Source: Squalus acanthias
Lineage: Eukaryota
Direction: 5' to 3'
Assembly (NCBI GenBank): GCA_030390025.1
Contig: CM059432.1
Coordinates: 41,232,001 to 41,296,000, forward strand
DNA length: 64,000 nt
The notes beneath the pieces are model-generated. The model did no database searches. It worked only from the letters and a program-made list of their open reading frames with translations, and was not told the origin of the DNA. The translations under genes and the position numbers were made by a program. Of this stretch, positions 1-10,955 are shown one piece after another; positions within the stretch are counted from its first letter, which is position 1; every line of letters begins with the position of its first letter.

Positions 1-64
1 CCTTTAATGTAGTAAAACGTCCCAAGGCGCTGCACAGGAGTATTGTAAAAAAAAAAAAAATAGG

Positions 65-290
65 GACACAACAACTGCCCTCAGTGCTCTGGACTGGGAA
101 TGGGAAACATCAGCCAGGGTTCCTGCTCCTGATTTACTGTGCAGTGACCCCCACTGAAAAGTATATGTGTGAGGGCAGGAACCAATCCGGTGTAATTTCT
201 CCCACAGTCAAATAGCCTGACGACACTCACTGTCTAGGATCACGCATGAAGAATTGCCACTTGGGTGAGGAGGAGAGAAAACTGCACTAA
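65..290 (+). repeat. Unclassified SINE-like dispersed repeat (partial)
   Basis: Shares the core 'ggaaa..cagccagggttcctgctcctga...cagtgacccc' with 27525-27830 (+) and reverse-strand copies near 7860-8280, 38560-38720 and 41260-41550; boundaries approximate. Confidence 0.55.
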
Positions 291-299
291 AAATACCAG

Positions 300-700
300 G
301 GCGACAACACACAGGCAGTCGAGCAGTCAAGATAGGTGTTAGAGAGGTAGAGCTGGATGTCATCAGTGTACATGTTGAACCTGTCTTCGACATGTCTTCG
401 GACGATATCGCTGAGTGGCAGCATATAGATAAGTAATAAGAGAGGGCCACTTATTACTTATCTATATGCTCCGGAAGTAACAGTGTGATGCATGAAGAGA
501 AGCCATTGCTGGAGATGCTCTGGCTACAATTGGATAGGTAAGAGTTAAATCAAGCGAGGCAGTCCCACTGAACTGGACAATGGAGGAGAGGCTGTGGCGA
601 ATGACAGTGTGGTCAACCATGTCAAAGGCTGCAGAGAAGACGAGGAAACACAGTCACAGAGGATGTAATTTGTGACTTTGATTAGGGCCGTTCCAGTGAT
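300..700 (-). mobile_element. L2-type LINE RT fragment, degraded
   Basis: Reverse complement resembles the L2 RT segment at 28410-28700 (catgtacactgatgac..ccagctctacctc) and includes the 'LSAAFDMVDH'-like motif. Confidence 0.7.
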
Positions 701-1294
701 GTCGCAGGCAATATTCCCTCTTATTTTTTTTTCAGAGCGCGGTCTACTCCCCTTGCACTTGAGAGAGCAAAAATGAGGGTCATACCAGGGGGAATGATTA
801 GGGTGGGTGAGACTAAGGCCGTGAAATTCGGCACCTTGGCGCTGGTAGTTAAGGCTGGTTTGGAGAAAAAAATGGCGGTCGCCTCGCTTATGTTCACTTA
901 CGGCGTGGCCCGCACTGTTCGCCATCTTGGTGAGGGCGATAGAGCGGGCGTGCGTACACTGGCAGTATGCAGAGTAGGCAGATTGTGACGTCGGCATGTA
1001 ACATTGATTTGACACACGACCTGTCTTTTTGGACATCGCCACTCCAATCAACGCCCTCTCCTAAACACACACAGCTGAACGAGGGACCACCCACCAGCGC
1101 TATTTAAAGGGAAACATCCAACTTGCAGGTAAGTTGATTATTTCACTTGTAATGGCTTTTGCAGAGTTTATATCAATACTGGCTTGCTGGAAGACATTTA
1201 TAATGTTGTTAAAATGTGCAGAGTGTGCTGCTGGACGTTGGGAAGGCGTTGGCTACTACTGGAAGGCCTCTGAGTACACCACTTGCTCCCAGTC

Positions 1295-2363
1295 ATGGGG
1301 ACTATACTTGCAATCCCCCTCGCGCTGCAGCATGATGGAGATGGAGCAGAGGCAGCAAAGAAGACAAGCTGCTCGGAGAGGAAGGGGGAGGAGGGCTCTC
1401 AGCAGGAAGCCTTACCCACCTTGGGTCTTCAGGGAGCACTTCTACCTGCACCTAGGCCAGGAGCAGTGCGTTTGGCGGCTCCGCTTCACAGAACTCTGCC
1501 ACCTCTTGGAACCAGACCTGCAGCCTCAGAGCAGGGCAACGACGGCTCTGGCAGTGGCCCTAAATTTTTACGCCAGCAGATCCTTCCAGGCTGGAACAGA
1601 TGACATAGCAAACATCTCGCAGTTCGGCATCAATCGCTGCATCCAGGAGGTCACAGAGGCTCTGTACTCTAGGAGAAGGGACTTCATTGTCTTCTCTCTA
1701 AACAGAGAGAAGCAGGAAGAGTGCGCATGTGACTTTGCCAGGATATTGGGCTTCCCCTCGGTGCAGGGCGCCATCGACTGCACACACGTGGCTTTGGGAG
1801 CGCCGCATATCAATACTAAGATGTACCATAACCGCAAAGGGTACCACTCACTTAATGTGCAGTTGGTGTGTGACCGCGCCAGCACATCATGATGGTGAAT
1901 GCCCTGTATCCTGGCAGCAGCCATGATTCCTTCATCTTGTGCCAGTCCGCTGTGCCAGCAATCTTCCAGCGACCACGTCGAACCCAAAGGTGGCTGCGAG
2001 GCGACAAGGGCTATCCGCTCTACATCTGGTTGATGACTCCCCTCTGCAACCCCACCACTCGTGGCAAGCAATCCTATAATGACAGCTATGCTGCCATGAG
2101 GAACGTCATCGAGCAGACCATCGGGGCGCTGAAGCAACGGTTCTGCTGCCTTGACTGCTCAGGAGGAGCCCTCCAGTACTCAGCGGAGCGAGGTCCCAAT
2201 TTGTGGTGGTCTGCTGCATCCTCCACAACTTGATCATCATGAGGGTGCAGTCCTTACCACCACGGTTTCTGTGACGACTTCAGGAGAAGGAGGCAGCTTG
2301 CAAATCCATGTTCTGGATGGGCTGTTCGTGAGCGCATCATCAGACTCTGATTCCCCTGAATGA
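1295..2363 (+). pseudogene. Harbinger (HARBI1-like) DDE transposase, frameshifted
   Basis: Motifs GFPSVQGAIDCTHV, YHNRKGYHSLNVQLVCD, YPGSSHDSFIL, WLRGDKGYPL and EQTIGALKQRFCCLD split across ORFs 1134-1892 and 1889-2233; further frameshift near 2190. Confidence 0.9.
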
Positions 2364-3137
2364 AACCCCAGATCCCCATTTCTCAACACTTCCCCACCTT
2401 GCCATCCCTCTGTCACGGAACATCACAGCGTCCTCTTGGCCACAATGTTGAAATGAAAGCCACCACAAAACAAACATTCCAAACATAATTTATAAATGAT
2501 TAATTCCAAAACAACATTACAAAGTCAACTAATCACCCTTGTGCATTCCCTTTGTGTCTGTCTTTCATGTGCCTTTGCCTATTCTAGTGCTCCTACGAAG
2601 TGCTACCCCAGTGGCTGCAGCATGGCTGGTGGAAGGCTGCTGTCTTTCCATGAGGGAGACTTCAGATGGTCTTGCAGAACGACCTCAAGCAGCTCTGGGC
2701 CTAGAAGGTCCGGCTATGGACTGCACTACCTCGGCATGGACGGCAACATTTTGGACTGGCTGGCTGACAGGCAGTGGTGAAAGTAGGAATGCTGTCATCC
2801 TGAGAGGGGACAGCACGTTTGAGCTCCACGGAGCCACTGCCACTCCCCTGGGCCGGCGCCTCAGCAATCTCAGTTGGAGGACAGATTGCTGGACTGCTGT
2901 GAGACCCTGCAAGCCCCTATCCACACTTGTAAACGCAGCCACAATGGCAGAAGTCTGAACTTGCGTGGCAGCAAGCTGAGCCTGCATGAGAGCAGTCTGA
3001 ACTTGTGTGGCAGCAAGCTGAGCCTGAATGACGGAAGTCTGAGCTTCCATTGCTGCAATCAGATGTTGGGTCGCATCCGCTTGTGTTGCAATGGAAGCTG
3101 AGACATGGCCCAGCACACCCTGAATCATGGTTGGGTC

Positions 3138-3230
3138 CAATGTTCCTGTAACTTTTTTATAGGCCGCGCGGCCCATTCAAAATACCGCACATGTATGGTT
3201 TTTCTATTGAAAATGTTACAGGTAACATTG
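3138..3230. mobile_element. Short hAT-type MITE inserted in the Harbinger Myb gene
   Basis: TIRs CAATGTTCCTGTAAC / rc CAATGTTACCTGTAAC; near 8-bp TSD gttgggtc/gttggtcc; interior similar to the 13994-14152 element. Confidence 0.75.
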
Positions 3231-3859
3231 GTTGGTCCACAAGTGCTCTAATGGAGTTGCCCATCACTTCCATCCTGGAAATCATGGGCTCCAAGCTCTG
3301 CGCAAAGCCCTGTGCAAGGTTGGAGCTGGACTCCTCCATGCTCCTTGACAGTGACCACAGGCTCTCTGGCAGGCCTGCCATTGCACCAAGCATTTCTGTG
3401 TGGATGCCCATCACCCTTCTTCTGAATGTCGCCCCATCAAAGTCCCCATCTGACTCCTCTGCAGCAGAACTTGTGTGTGACCTCGACCTCCAGGGAGCTG
3501 GCACCTCGCTACCCTTTCCTCCTGCCCGATGACTCACCACGTGCAGAACCTCTAAAGTTTGCACAGTGCCACTTTCTGAGCTGGTGCCTGGGAGTGTCAG
3601 ATCGAGTGACAGTGTCTCTTCTCTATCACTTTCCTTCTCTTGTTCTTCATGCGCAGGCTGGGCTGGTTGGAGTTCTTGGGTATCTGAGAGAAAGGCACAA
3701 GGGTGGGGTTGTGGTGAGAGGAGGGGTGGAAAGCAAGATGTGCATGCTTACACCATCAGCAGCTTGTAAGTGAGAAGAGATTGTGGGATGAGGGGGAAGT
3801 GGGATGTGAGAAGAAGGATTAGGTATGAACATACCGTCATCATCAATGCTTTCAGACTC

Positions 3860-4275
3860 TTTTTGGGGTTGTTTTCTTTGGAACAGAGGAAGCTGAGGGG
3901 AGACCTAATTGAGGTGTATAAAATTATGAGGGGCCTGGATAGAGTGGATAGGAAGGACCTATTTCCCTTAGCAGAGAGGTCAGTAACCAGGGGGCATAGA
4001 TTAACGTAATTGATAGAAGGATTAGAGGGAAGTTGAGGAGAACTTTTTTCACCCAGAGGGTGGTGGGGGTCTGGAACTCACTGCCTGAAAGGGTGGTAGA
4101 TGCAGAAACCCTCATTGCATTTAAAAAGTACTTGGAGATGCACTTGAAGTGCTGTAACCTACGGGGCTACGGACCAAGAGCTGGAAAGTGGGATTCGGCT
4201 GGATAGCTGTTTTTCTGCCGGCACAGGCACGATGGGCCGAATAGCCGCCTTCTGTGCCATAAACTTCTATGATTC
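3860..4275 (+). mobile_element. CR1 LINE 3' fragment inserted in the Harbinger Myb exon
   Basis: LGLFSLEQRKLRGDLIEVYKI C-terminal CR1 ORF2 motif, CR1 3' UTR and ttctatgattct tail. Confidence 0.88.
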
Positions 4276-5534
4276 TGTGATCGCCATGGCCCCTCCAATG
4301 ATATCCGTAACTGTCTCCTCCAGTTGGGTCAGGTTCTGCAGCCGTGCCTGCCCCGTGCCTGTTAGCTGCTGCTGGCGCTGGTTATGTGCCATCTTGGCCT
4401 GCAAGAGAAAGGAAGGTGTGTCAGTGAGTGTGGTACAGTGTTTGGATGATGTGCCTGTCATTGCTGAATAGCTGGCACTGTGTGCAAGGTGTTCGATGTG
4501 GGTGTGAGGCTTGCAACAGTGGCAAGTGTGTGAGGGTGAGGTGAAGATATGATTGTGAGGTATGAGTCGTGACTGATAGCAATTGTTGGTAGGTGAGTGA
4601 TGGGGTGTGGTGCATTGAGCAGTGTGTGAGGCTAGTGGTGCAGTTGTTAGGATATGGCATTTGAAGATGCATTCACTCACCTTGAGGTCATTAAACGTCT
4701 TCCGGCACTGGAGCCAGGTCCTGGGGGAAAAACTGGTGGCACTGACCGCTTTAGCCATCTCCTCCCACTGCCTTCGTACAGTCTGTCTGGAGGGCGTCCT
4801 GGTCCTCTGAAGGTAGAGGACCTGTCTCCTCCTATCGACCCCCTGCACTAAGGCCTCCAGTGCTGCGTCCGAGAACAGAGGTGCCTTTTCTCTGCCCTGT
4901 TGCGCCATTGATACCTTCCCCTTTCCTTAGCTGCACTGACAATGAGGTGCTTCTTTCAGAAATCACCTCCCCTTTAAGAAGTGGAGACAGTGTTTCACTC
5001 TGCAGGCAACCTTTAAATAGAGATCACACTTCCCACGAAATTGGGCCCCCTGCTGAGCGCTGACCCAACCAGCAGTGCGGTCAGTGCTGGGATCAGCGCT
5101 TCAATTATGTTAATTAGCAGGCAGCACGAATTTCGCATGCTGTCTGCATTACTTTCAATGACAGATCGCGCATCGCGATCCCCACGCCCGTTTTCAGATC
5201 TTATCGAATTTAGCCCCCTAAGAGTTTTACTGGAGACGAGGGTATCAAAGGCAGAGTTGAGGGAGTGATTGAGCAGAATTCGTACTGCAGCTGCAGAGGT
5301 ATTGTGGTGAATGGAGAGCCAAAGGCGAGACAGTTGGGAGTTTGAACGCGCAATTATAATTCTACAGTGCAGTAATAGTTCTACAACACATTCATAGGTT
5401 TTTGCCATTCTCTATATAATTGCCTGCTTTATTGTGTAGGTTTTTTTCCACTGAAGTGGGCATGTCTTGATCAAATATTACATTCATGTACATGATTTGA
5501 TGCTGTATCATCCCATATGCCTCAGATAGGCAAT

Positions 5535-5760
5535 AATGACAACAACAACTTGCATTTATATAACGCTTTTATTGTAGTAAAAACATCCCAAGACGCTTCA
5601 CGACAAAGTTTGATACCGAGCCACGTAAAGAGATATTGGGACAGGTGACCAAAAGCTTGGTCAAGGAGGGTAGAGAGGTGGAGAAGTTCAGGGAGGGAAT
5701 TCCAGAGCTTGGGGCCTAGGCAGCTGAAGGCACGCCTGCCAATGGTGGAGCAATGAAGAC
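5535..5760 (-). mobile_element. L2 LINE 3' end fragment
   Basis: caacaacaacttgcatttatata tail and body are the reverse complement of 29100-29372. Confidence 0.8.
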
Positions 5761-6415
5761 AGAAAAAGAGAATGCAGCAGGTGGAATAAGGAGATATGTT
5801 GGCAGAATTTGAAGGGGAAATTCAATAATAAATCTAGTGTTGAGTTGTATTGACGTACCTGAATTAGCACTTGAATGAGTCCACTCCTGAGATAAGTCTT
5901 ATTTAAATTACAAACTCCCTGCATTTTCACGTATGTTGGCATTAAAATTGTCAACTTCACAGGATTGCTGGTATGGGAAGTGGAAGAATTCGTACTGCAG
6001 CAATATGTGTTGCTCTAATAAGGTTGGCAGTGGGGGGGGTGGTGCGGTGGTTGCCTATCAATATTAACCTAAAATAATGCTGATCAGAAAATGTAAACTA
6101 AAATATTAGGGCAGGGTAGAGGGAGATTTATCTGCATCTGACCCATACTAAAGCTGACTTGAGAGTGCTTGATACTGGCATTGGGTGCCCAAGATGGAAA
6201 AAATGATTCATTCCCTAGCACTGATATTCATCACAAAAAATATAGTTTTAACCTGAGGCAACATTGGCACACAAGTTTAAAAAAAAAAGTTAACAGCGAT
6301 CTCCTATAAAGCCATCCAGTCATACTACGAAGTAAAATATTGCCTGCATGTTGGTTTCTTTGCCCAGTTCTCTACACATTTTATTTACTTGTTTACTTAT
6401 GTATTTACTTTGAAG

Positions 6416-6623
6416 GACCACAAAGTGGAAGACTTCATCAGTTCTCCATTGTACTCTGTCCTCATCATCAGCTATGAGATGTTGTTGCGGTGCCTGGAAC
6501 AAATTCAAAACTTACAATTTAACCTGATAATTTGTGATGAAGGTCACCGTTTAAAAAATAGCTCAATTAAGACATCCACAGCAATTCTTAGCCTCTCTTG
6601 TGAGAGAAGAGTGATCCTCACTG
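6416..6623 (+). CDS. RAD54B: RAD54B coding exon (DHKVEDF...ICDEGHRLKN...VILT; Walker B/motif II)
   Basis: AG 6414-6415, GTAAGT at 6624; 208 nt, phase 0 to 1; closely matches vertebrate RAD54B as I recall it. Confidence 0.96.
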
Positions 6624-7679
6624 GTAAGTTGTCTTTAAATCATTGTATCATAACAGGAAAAAGTTACAAGGGCATAATATTCCGAGCAACCACACAGCTG
6701 AGTGACAGTGTTCCCCTTTTAAGCTGCACAACTCTTTTTTTTTCTAGATTGAAACTTATATGTTATAATCCCTTGGTGAGGGAGGAGGGGTCGCACTGCC
6801 TTTGGAGGCAGACCTGTAACATAAATGAAGCAACGTACATGCCACTAAAGGCACGGAACACCATCCGACAACCTGACTTTGCTTCCTTCCTCTGGAAACA
6901 AAGCACTGCTGTTGGTTGCAAATGTAAATAGCTTACCTAAGCAGCACTGGATGCTGCTGGTTGATGTTTTGTTTTGGTCCATGCAGATTTTGATATTAAA
7001 AAAGATCTTCAGCCAGAAATGTAAAGTAGCCATCAAAAATATGCCAGTGGCAGAGTGTGCAGCAAGTAGCCCGCTAGTAGTTTGTTCCCAAAGTTCCAAT
7101 TCCTCTTGCAGGCAGCCCCTCTCAATCAGTAACATCACTTGAATGGCTCTTGATATAAGCAAGCCCAAAATTACAGTTTGTTTCTGGATAGCAAATTTAA
7201 AGCCTTTTTTAAATGATGGCATCTGCATATTATCATTTTTTTCTCATCGATATGAAGGGAGATCTTTGAACATAAAGCACTCGACCTACACTGTCCTTCC
7301 CCTTTACGTCTCAGTCTTGACTGGTAAATTTTTTTAAAATCCAATCTGGTAAAGTTTGTTGTGTTTCTGATGGACAAATGATTGAATGCCAGATATGCTG
7401 GCAAAAGCTTGGCCAGCATTCCCAAATCTGCTGCTTCGGAACCTATGAGTGTGAGCTGGCATCATTACCAAGAACAGACTGTCCTCTTTGTTATGGCAGC
7501 TGTGCAGGTTGTCTCAATCTTGTGTTATCTGATCTAGATCATTAATGTAAAACGATAAATATGAAGCCTTCACAAGTTAATAGTGTGTGCGTGTTTACTC
7601 TACCATTGTAAAGTTTTGTTTTTGTTCTATCATATTTAAATAGTACATTTTAAAAAAAAGATGTGTGTGTTGTTTGTAG

Positions 7680-7819
7680 GTACTCCCATACAAAATGATC
7701 TTCAGGAGTTCTACTCTCTAATAGAATTTGTGAATCCAGGAATCCTTGGATCCTCTTCCACCTACAGAAAGATTTATGAGGAACCTATCATCAGGTCTCA
7801 ACAGCCCTCTGCAACAATG
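7680..7819 (+). CDS. RAD54B: RAD54B coding exon (GTPIQNDLQEFYSLIEFVNPGILG; motif III)
   Basis: ttgtag acceptor, GTAGGA donor; 140 nt, phase 1 to 0; not in the ORF track. Confidence 0.96.
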
Positions 7820-8654
7820 GTAGGAAATAATATTTGATTTTTAAACTGAATGTGTTCCATGTGTAAACTGCATTTCATGATTCCCTCTCTTCCTCCTGAA
7901 AACATTGGCTCATGTTGGGGTATAATTCTAGCTGCCAGTAGTTTTCCATCAGCTCTCCCAAGAAGCCATTCTTTCTGCGTGAATTCAGAATGTGGAAGTC
8001 AGCAGGCTGTTTAACGATGGACAGCATCACAACTGAGCCGAATTCTGCCTTTATCGATCATCCACATAGGCAAACTTTCCAGCAAGTCACTAAATAGGAG
8101 TCAGCAGTGGAAATTTTGATTGCTTACATTTCATCTTCCTCACCCAGGGCATTGAGGCCAATTGTAAATGCCTGAACAGCTGCCTTTTCTGTGATCCATC
8201 TCAGTACAATATAGGGGTCCAGCCTGGAGCCCCAGGTCAATATGACTCCGTACTATGCTCGGAGGTTCATTTACCCACAAAGCCATCAGGGGAGCTCTTA
8301 ATTTCATAGTTAAGAGACAGTAAGGCCCATTTTTCATACAACCGCCCCGCACCCCCCCCCCCCCCCCCCCCCATTTGGGTGCAAATCGGGCGGAGCACGC
8401 CCAAAGTGTGCTGCATCTAATCTGAACCCATCTGTATTTCCAGGTATAGGTAATTACCATAAGCCCGAGGCATCTCTGTGCGGAAATGCGCCTTGGCAGT
8501 GCCTTGAAACTAGGGAGGAAAGCCAACTGCTGGCTTCAGGGCATTTGGATGCTGTTCAAAAACAGCAGCAAGAAGGCCCCCACCTCCTAAACCCAATCTG
8601 AATAGACTGGGCACAAGGTGTAAAACTTACTCTCAATGGGCACCTCTACGTTTA

Positions 8655-9975
8655 AGAACATACGAAATAAGAGCAGCAGTAGGCCATACGGTCCCTCGAG
8701 CCTGTAAGAAAATCATGTTTGGCTACACCTAAAGAATTTGCTTGGCTAAGAACATGGCTGATCTTCTACCTTAACTCCACATTTCTGTCCTATCCCCATA
8801 CCCCTTGATTCTCTTAGTGTTCAAAAATCTATTGATCTCAGTCTTGAATATACTGACTGACTGAGCATCCACAGCCCTCTGGGGTAGAGAATTCCAAAGA
8901 TTCACAACCTTCTGAGTGAAGAAATTTCTCCTCATCTCAGTCCTAAATGGCTGACCCCTTATCCTGAGACTATGGGCTGGATTTTGTCAATGGGGGCGCG
9001 TTGGGGGCAGGACTGCTGGTTGTCAGGTTTCAGTCCCGCCCCCAACGACATCTGGCCAACCCACGCTATTTTCCCTTGATTGACCTTGTTAAGCCTGCCT
9101 TGCGAGCTTAGCAGGCCAATTAAGGGAAAGCCGGTGACAGAAGACGTCAGCGTATGACGTTTCATCTGTCAAAATATTTTTGACAGATGAATTGTCAGCG
9201 TTTGACAACTTAGAGAAGCTGTCAAACACTGACAATCTCTGTTCTATGGTGAGCCCTTGCACTGAAGGCTCACCAAAACCTTTTTCCTCAGCAGAAATCA
9301 GATGGCTGCTGCATCTGAGAATGCAGCAGCCATTCTGTCATCTCTGCCTTTGAGATGAGGAACCTCCAGATCCCCAAGGGTTCAAGCCTGCAGGAAGAAG
9401 CAAAGGTAAGTAAACTTTTTCTAACACTTTACACTCACCTCTCATACTTACCTCTCCACACTTGCACCCATCATTCACCTCCACAGCGGACTTTTCGATC
9501 CCGCAGACCCACTGCTCGCCTCGCTGACCCTGGCGGGGTTTCCCGACGTCAGGAAGCCCGCACTTGCAGGGGTAAAATGGGGATAAGCCTCTTAACTGCC
9601 TGTTAACAGGCAGTTAATTGGCTGTAATCCCCTTCCCGCCTCAAGGAGACGAGTCCCTGCGCGAGTCGGGGACCCGCCTCCCCGGGAAGATGGCACGGAG
9701 GCGGGTTGGAAACGGGTTCGGAACCCGCTCCCAGTTTCTGCCATTTTCCCGGCAGTCCCGCCTCTATACCCGCCTCCCCAGGGCTGGGAAAATTCCCCCC
9801 TTTGGCCCCTAGTTCTAGACTCTTCAGCCAGGGGAAACAGCCTCTCCGATTACCCTGTCAAGCCCTCTAAGAATTTATTTTATTTTTCAATGACATCACC
9901 TCTCATTCTTCTAAACTCCTGAGACTATAGGCCCATTCTACTCATCTTTCCTCATAGGACAACCCTCTCATTCCA
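8655..9975 (-). mobile_element. CR1 LINE 3' fragment split by a Harbinger MITE
   Basis: Reverse complement of the CR1 3' end at 16840-17268; continuity ...ctgagactat|ggcccctagttctagac across the MITE. Confidence 0.85.
8974..9800. mobile_element. Harbinger-type MITE
   Basis: Ends GGGCTGGATTTT / rc GGGGGGAATTTT; 3-bp flanks tat/ttt; cleanly interrupts a CR1. Confidence 0.82.
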
Positions 9976-10664
9976 GGAGTGTCAGTACTGGGAAGGGTGA
10001 GTGAGTCCTAATCTTAATCTCCCGACACCCCCATGCCAAGTTCCAATCTCAGTCTCCCGATTAATCCCACTGCCCTGCTTTCTGCCTACAGCTTTGTATC
10101 TTCTTCTGCTTCAAATGTTTAGCTGCTCTTCCCCACTAAACCACACTATAGTGAGTTCATCGATGAACGGCTCTAGAGATCTTCTACACATTGAGATCCT
10201 TATCTTAGTGTGCCATCAGGAGTAGGCACCAAGTTCTTCCCTATGGACCACCCACATGCACCTCCAGGTGGTTGGTTTCAGATTGGTGGAGACTAAGAAC
10301 AGGTCAGGTGCTCACACCTTTGGTCAGGAAATGCGGTGGAACAAGGTGAGAAAATAGCATGAACAGGAGTCATACCTTCAATTAAAACAAATAAATCTGT
10401 TTGTATTAAATTGGGTTCCAAGCCTCCAAATTGACCATTTAAGAATGTCACAGAAGGATTTTGTGGATATAGGAATTTTCAGCACCGTACAAGTTTAACT
10501 TACACTACTAATCAAATTCTTGTTCAAAAATGCACATAGATAGGCCTGTAAAGCTGGAGAATAAACAATACAGTCTTGTTAGAAAAGCCATCAATTCAGG
10601 AATTCTTTCCTCTACAGCTCAACATTCCAGCTTTTGCTCTTTTGCCATTTCTTTTTGTCTTTAG

Positions 10665-10955
10665 GATGAAAAGCAGTTGGGTGAAGAGAGGGCAACAGAG
10701 CTTTGCCGATTAACTGGGCTCTTCATACTTCGACGCACACAGGACATCATTAACAATTACCTCCCTCCAAAGACTGAATGGATTATCTTCTGCCGCCCGG
10801 CTGCACTGCAGCTTGAACTCTATCACAAACTGCTGGCGTCCCATGCAGTGAAATCTTGCCTACAGGGAAAGCTGGAGAACAGTTCCCACTTACTATGCAT
10901 AGGGTTACTGAAAAAACTCTGCAATCACCCTACACTCCTCTTTAATACAATAAAG
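10665..10955 (+). CDS. RAD54B: RAD54B coding exon (DEKQLGEERA...LRRTQDIINNYLPPK...LKKLCNHP)
   Basis: ctttag acceptor, GTATTT donor; 291 nt, phase 0 to 0. Confidence 0.96.

Larger units (their letters stand above)
2565..4908 (-). pseudogene. Harbinger Myb/SANT-like DNA-binding protein gene, spliced and disrupted
   Basis: MAQQGREKAPLFSDAALEALV...W...RTWLQCRKTFNDL; exon 4908-4681 (GTGAGT donor), exon from 4398 (ttgcag acceptor) broken by a CR1 insertion, last exon from ~3683 broken by a hAT MITE. Confidence 0.82.
817..5218. mobile_element. PIF/Harbinger DNA transposon, full-length but decayed (transposase plus Myb/SANT gene, convergent)
   Basis: TAA at 814-816 and 5219-5221 (3-bp TSD); imperfect TIRs GGCCGTGAAATTCG / rc GGGGGCTAAATTCG; encloses a HARBI1-like DDE ORF on + and a Myb-like gene on -. 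Confidence 0.88.

Noticed and set aside
709..816. hAT element starting CAATATTCCCTCTTA at 709
   Set aside because: Could not find the matching right TIR or a second gtcgcagg TSD, so it is left as an orphan end
1295..2363. Domesticated HARBI1 gene
   Set aside because: Frameshifts and transposon termini indicate a dead TE copy
2565..4908. Possible FSBP orthologue (Myb/SANT gene nested in human RAD54B)
   Set aside because: It is antisense, disrupted, inside TIRs/TSD and paired with a transposase; as I recall, FSBP lies in an earlier RAD54B intron on the same strand, outside this window
6624..6931. ORF-track extensions beyond exon ends (also 10956-11048, 22880-23049, 30606-30706, 46119-46237)
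   Set aside because: Read-through into introns past canonical splice sites; homology stops at the junctions
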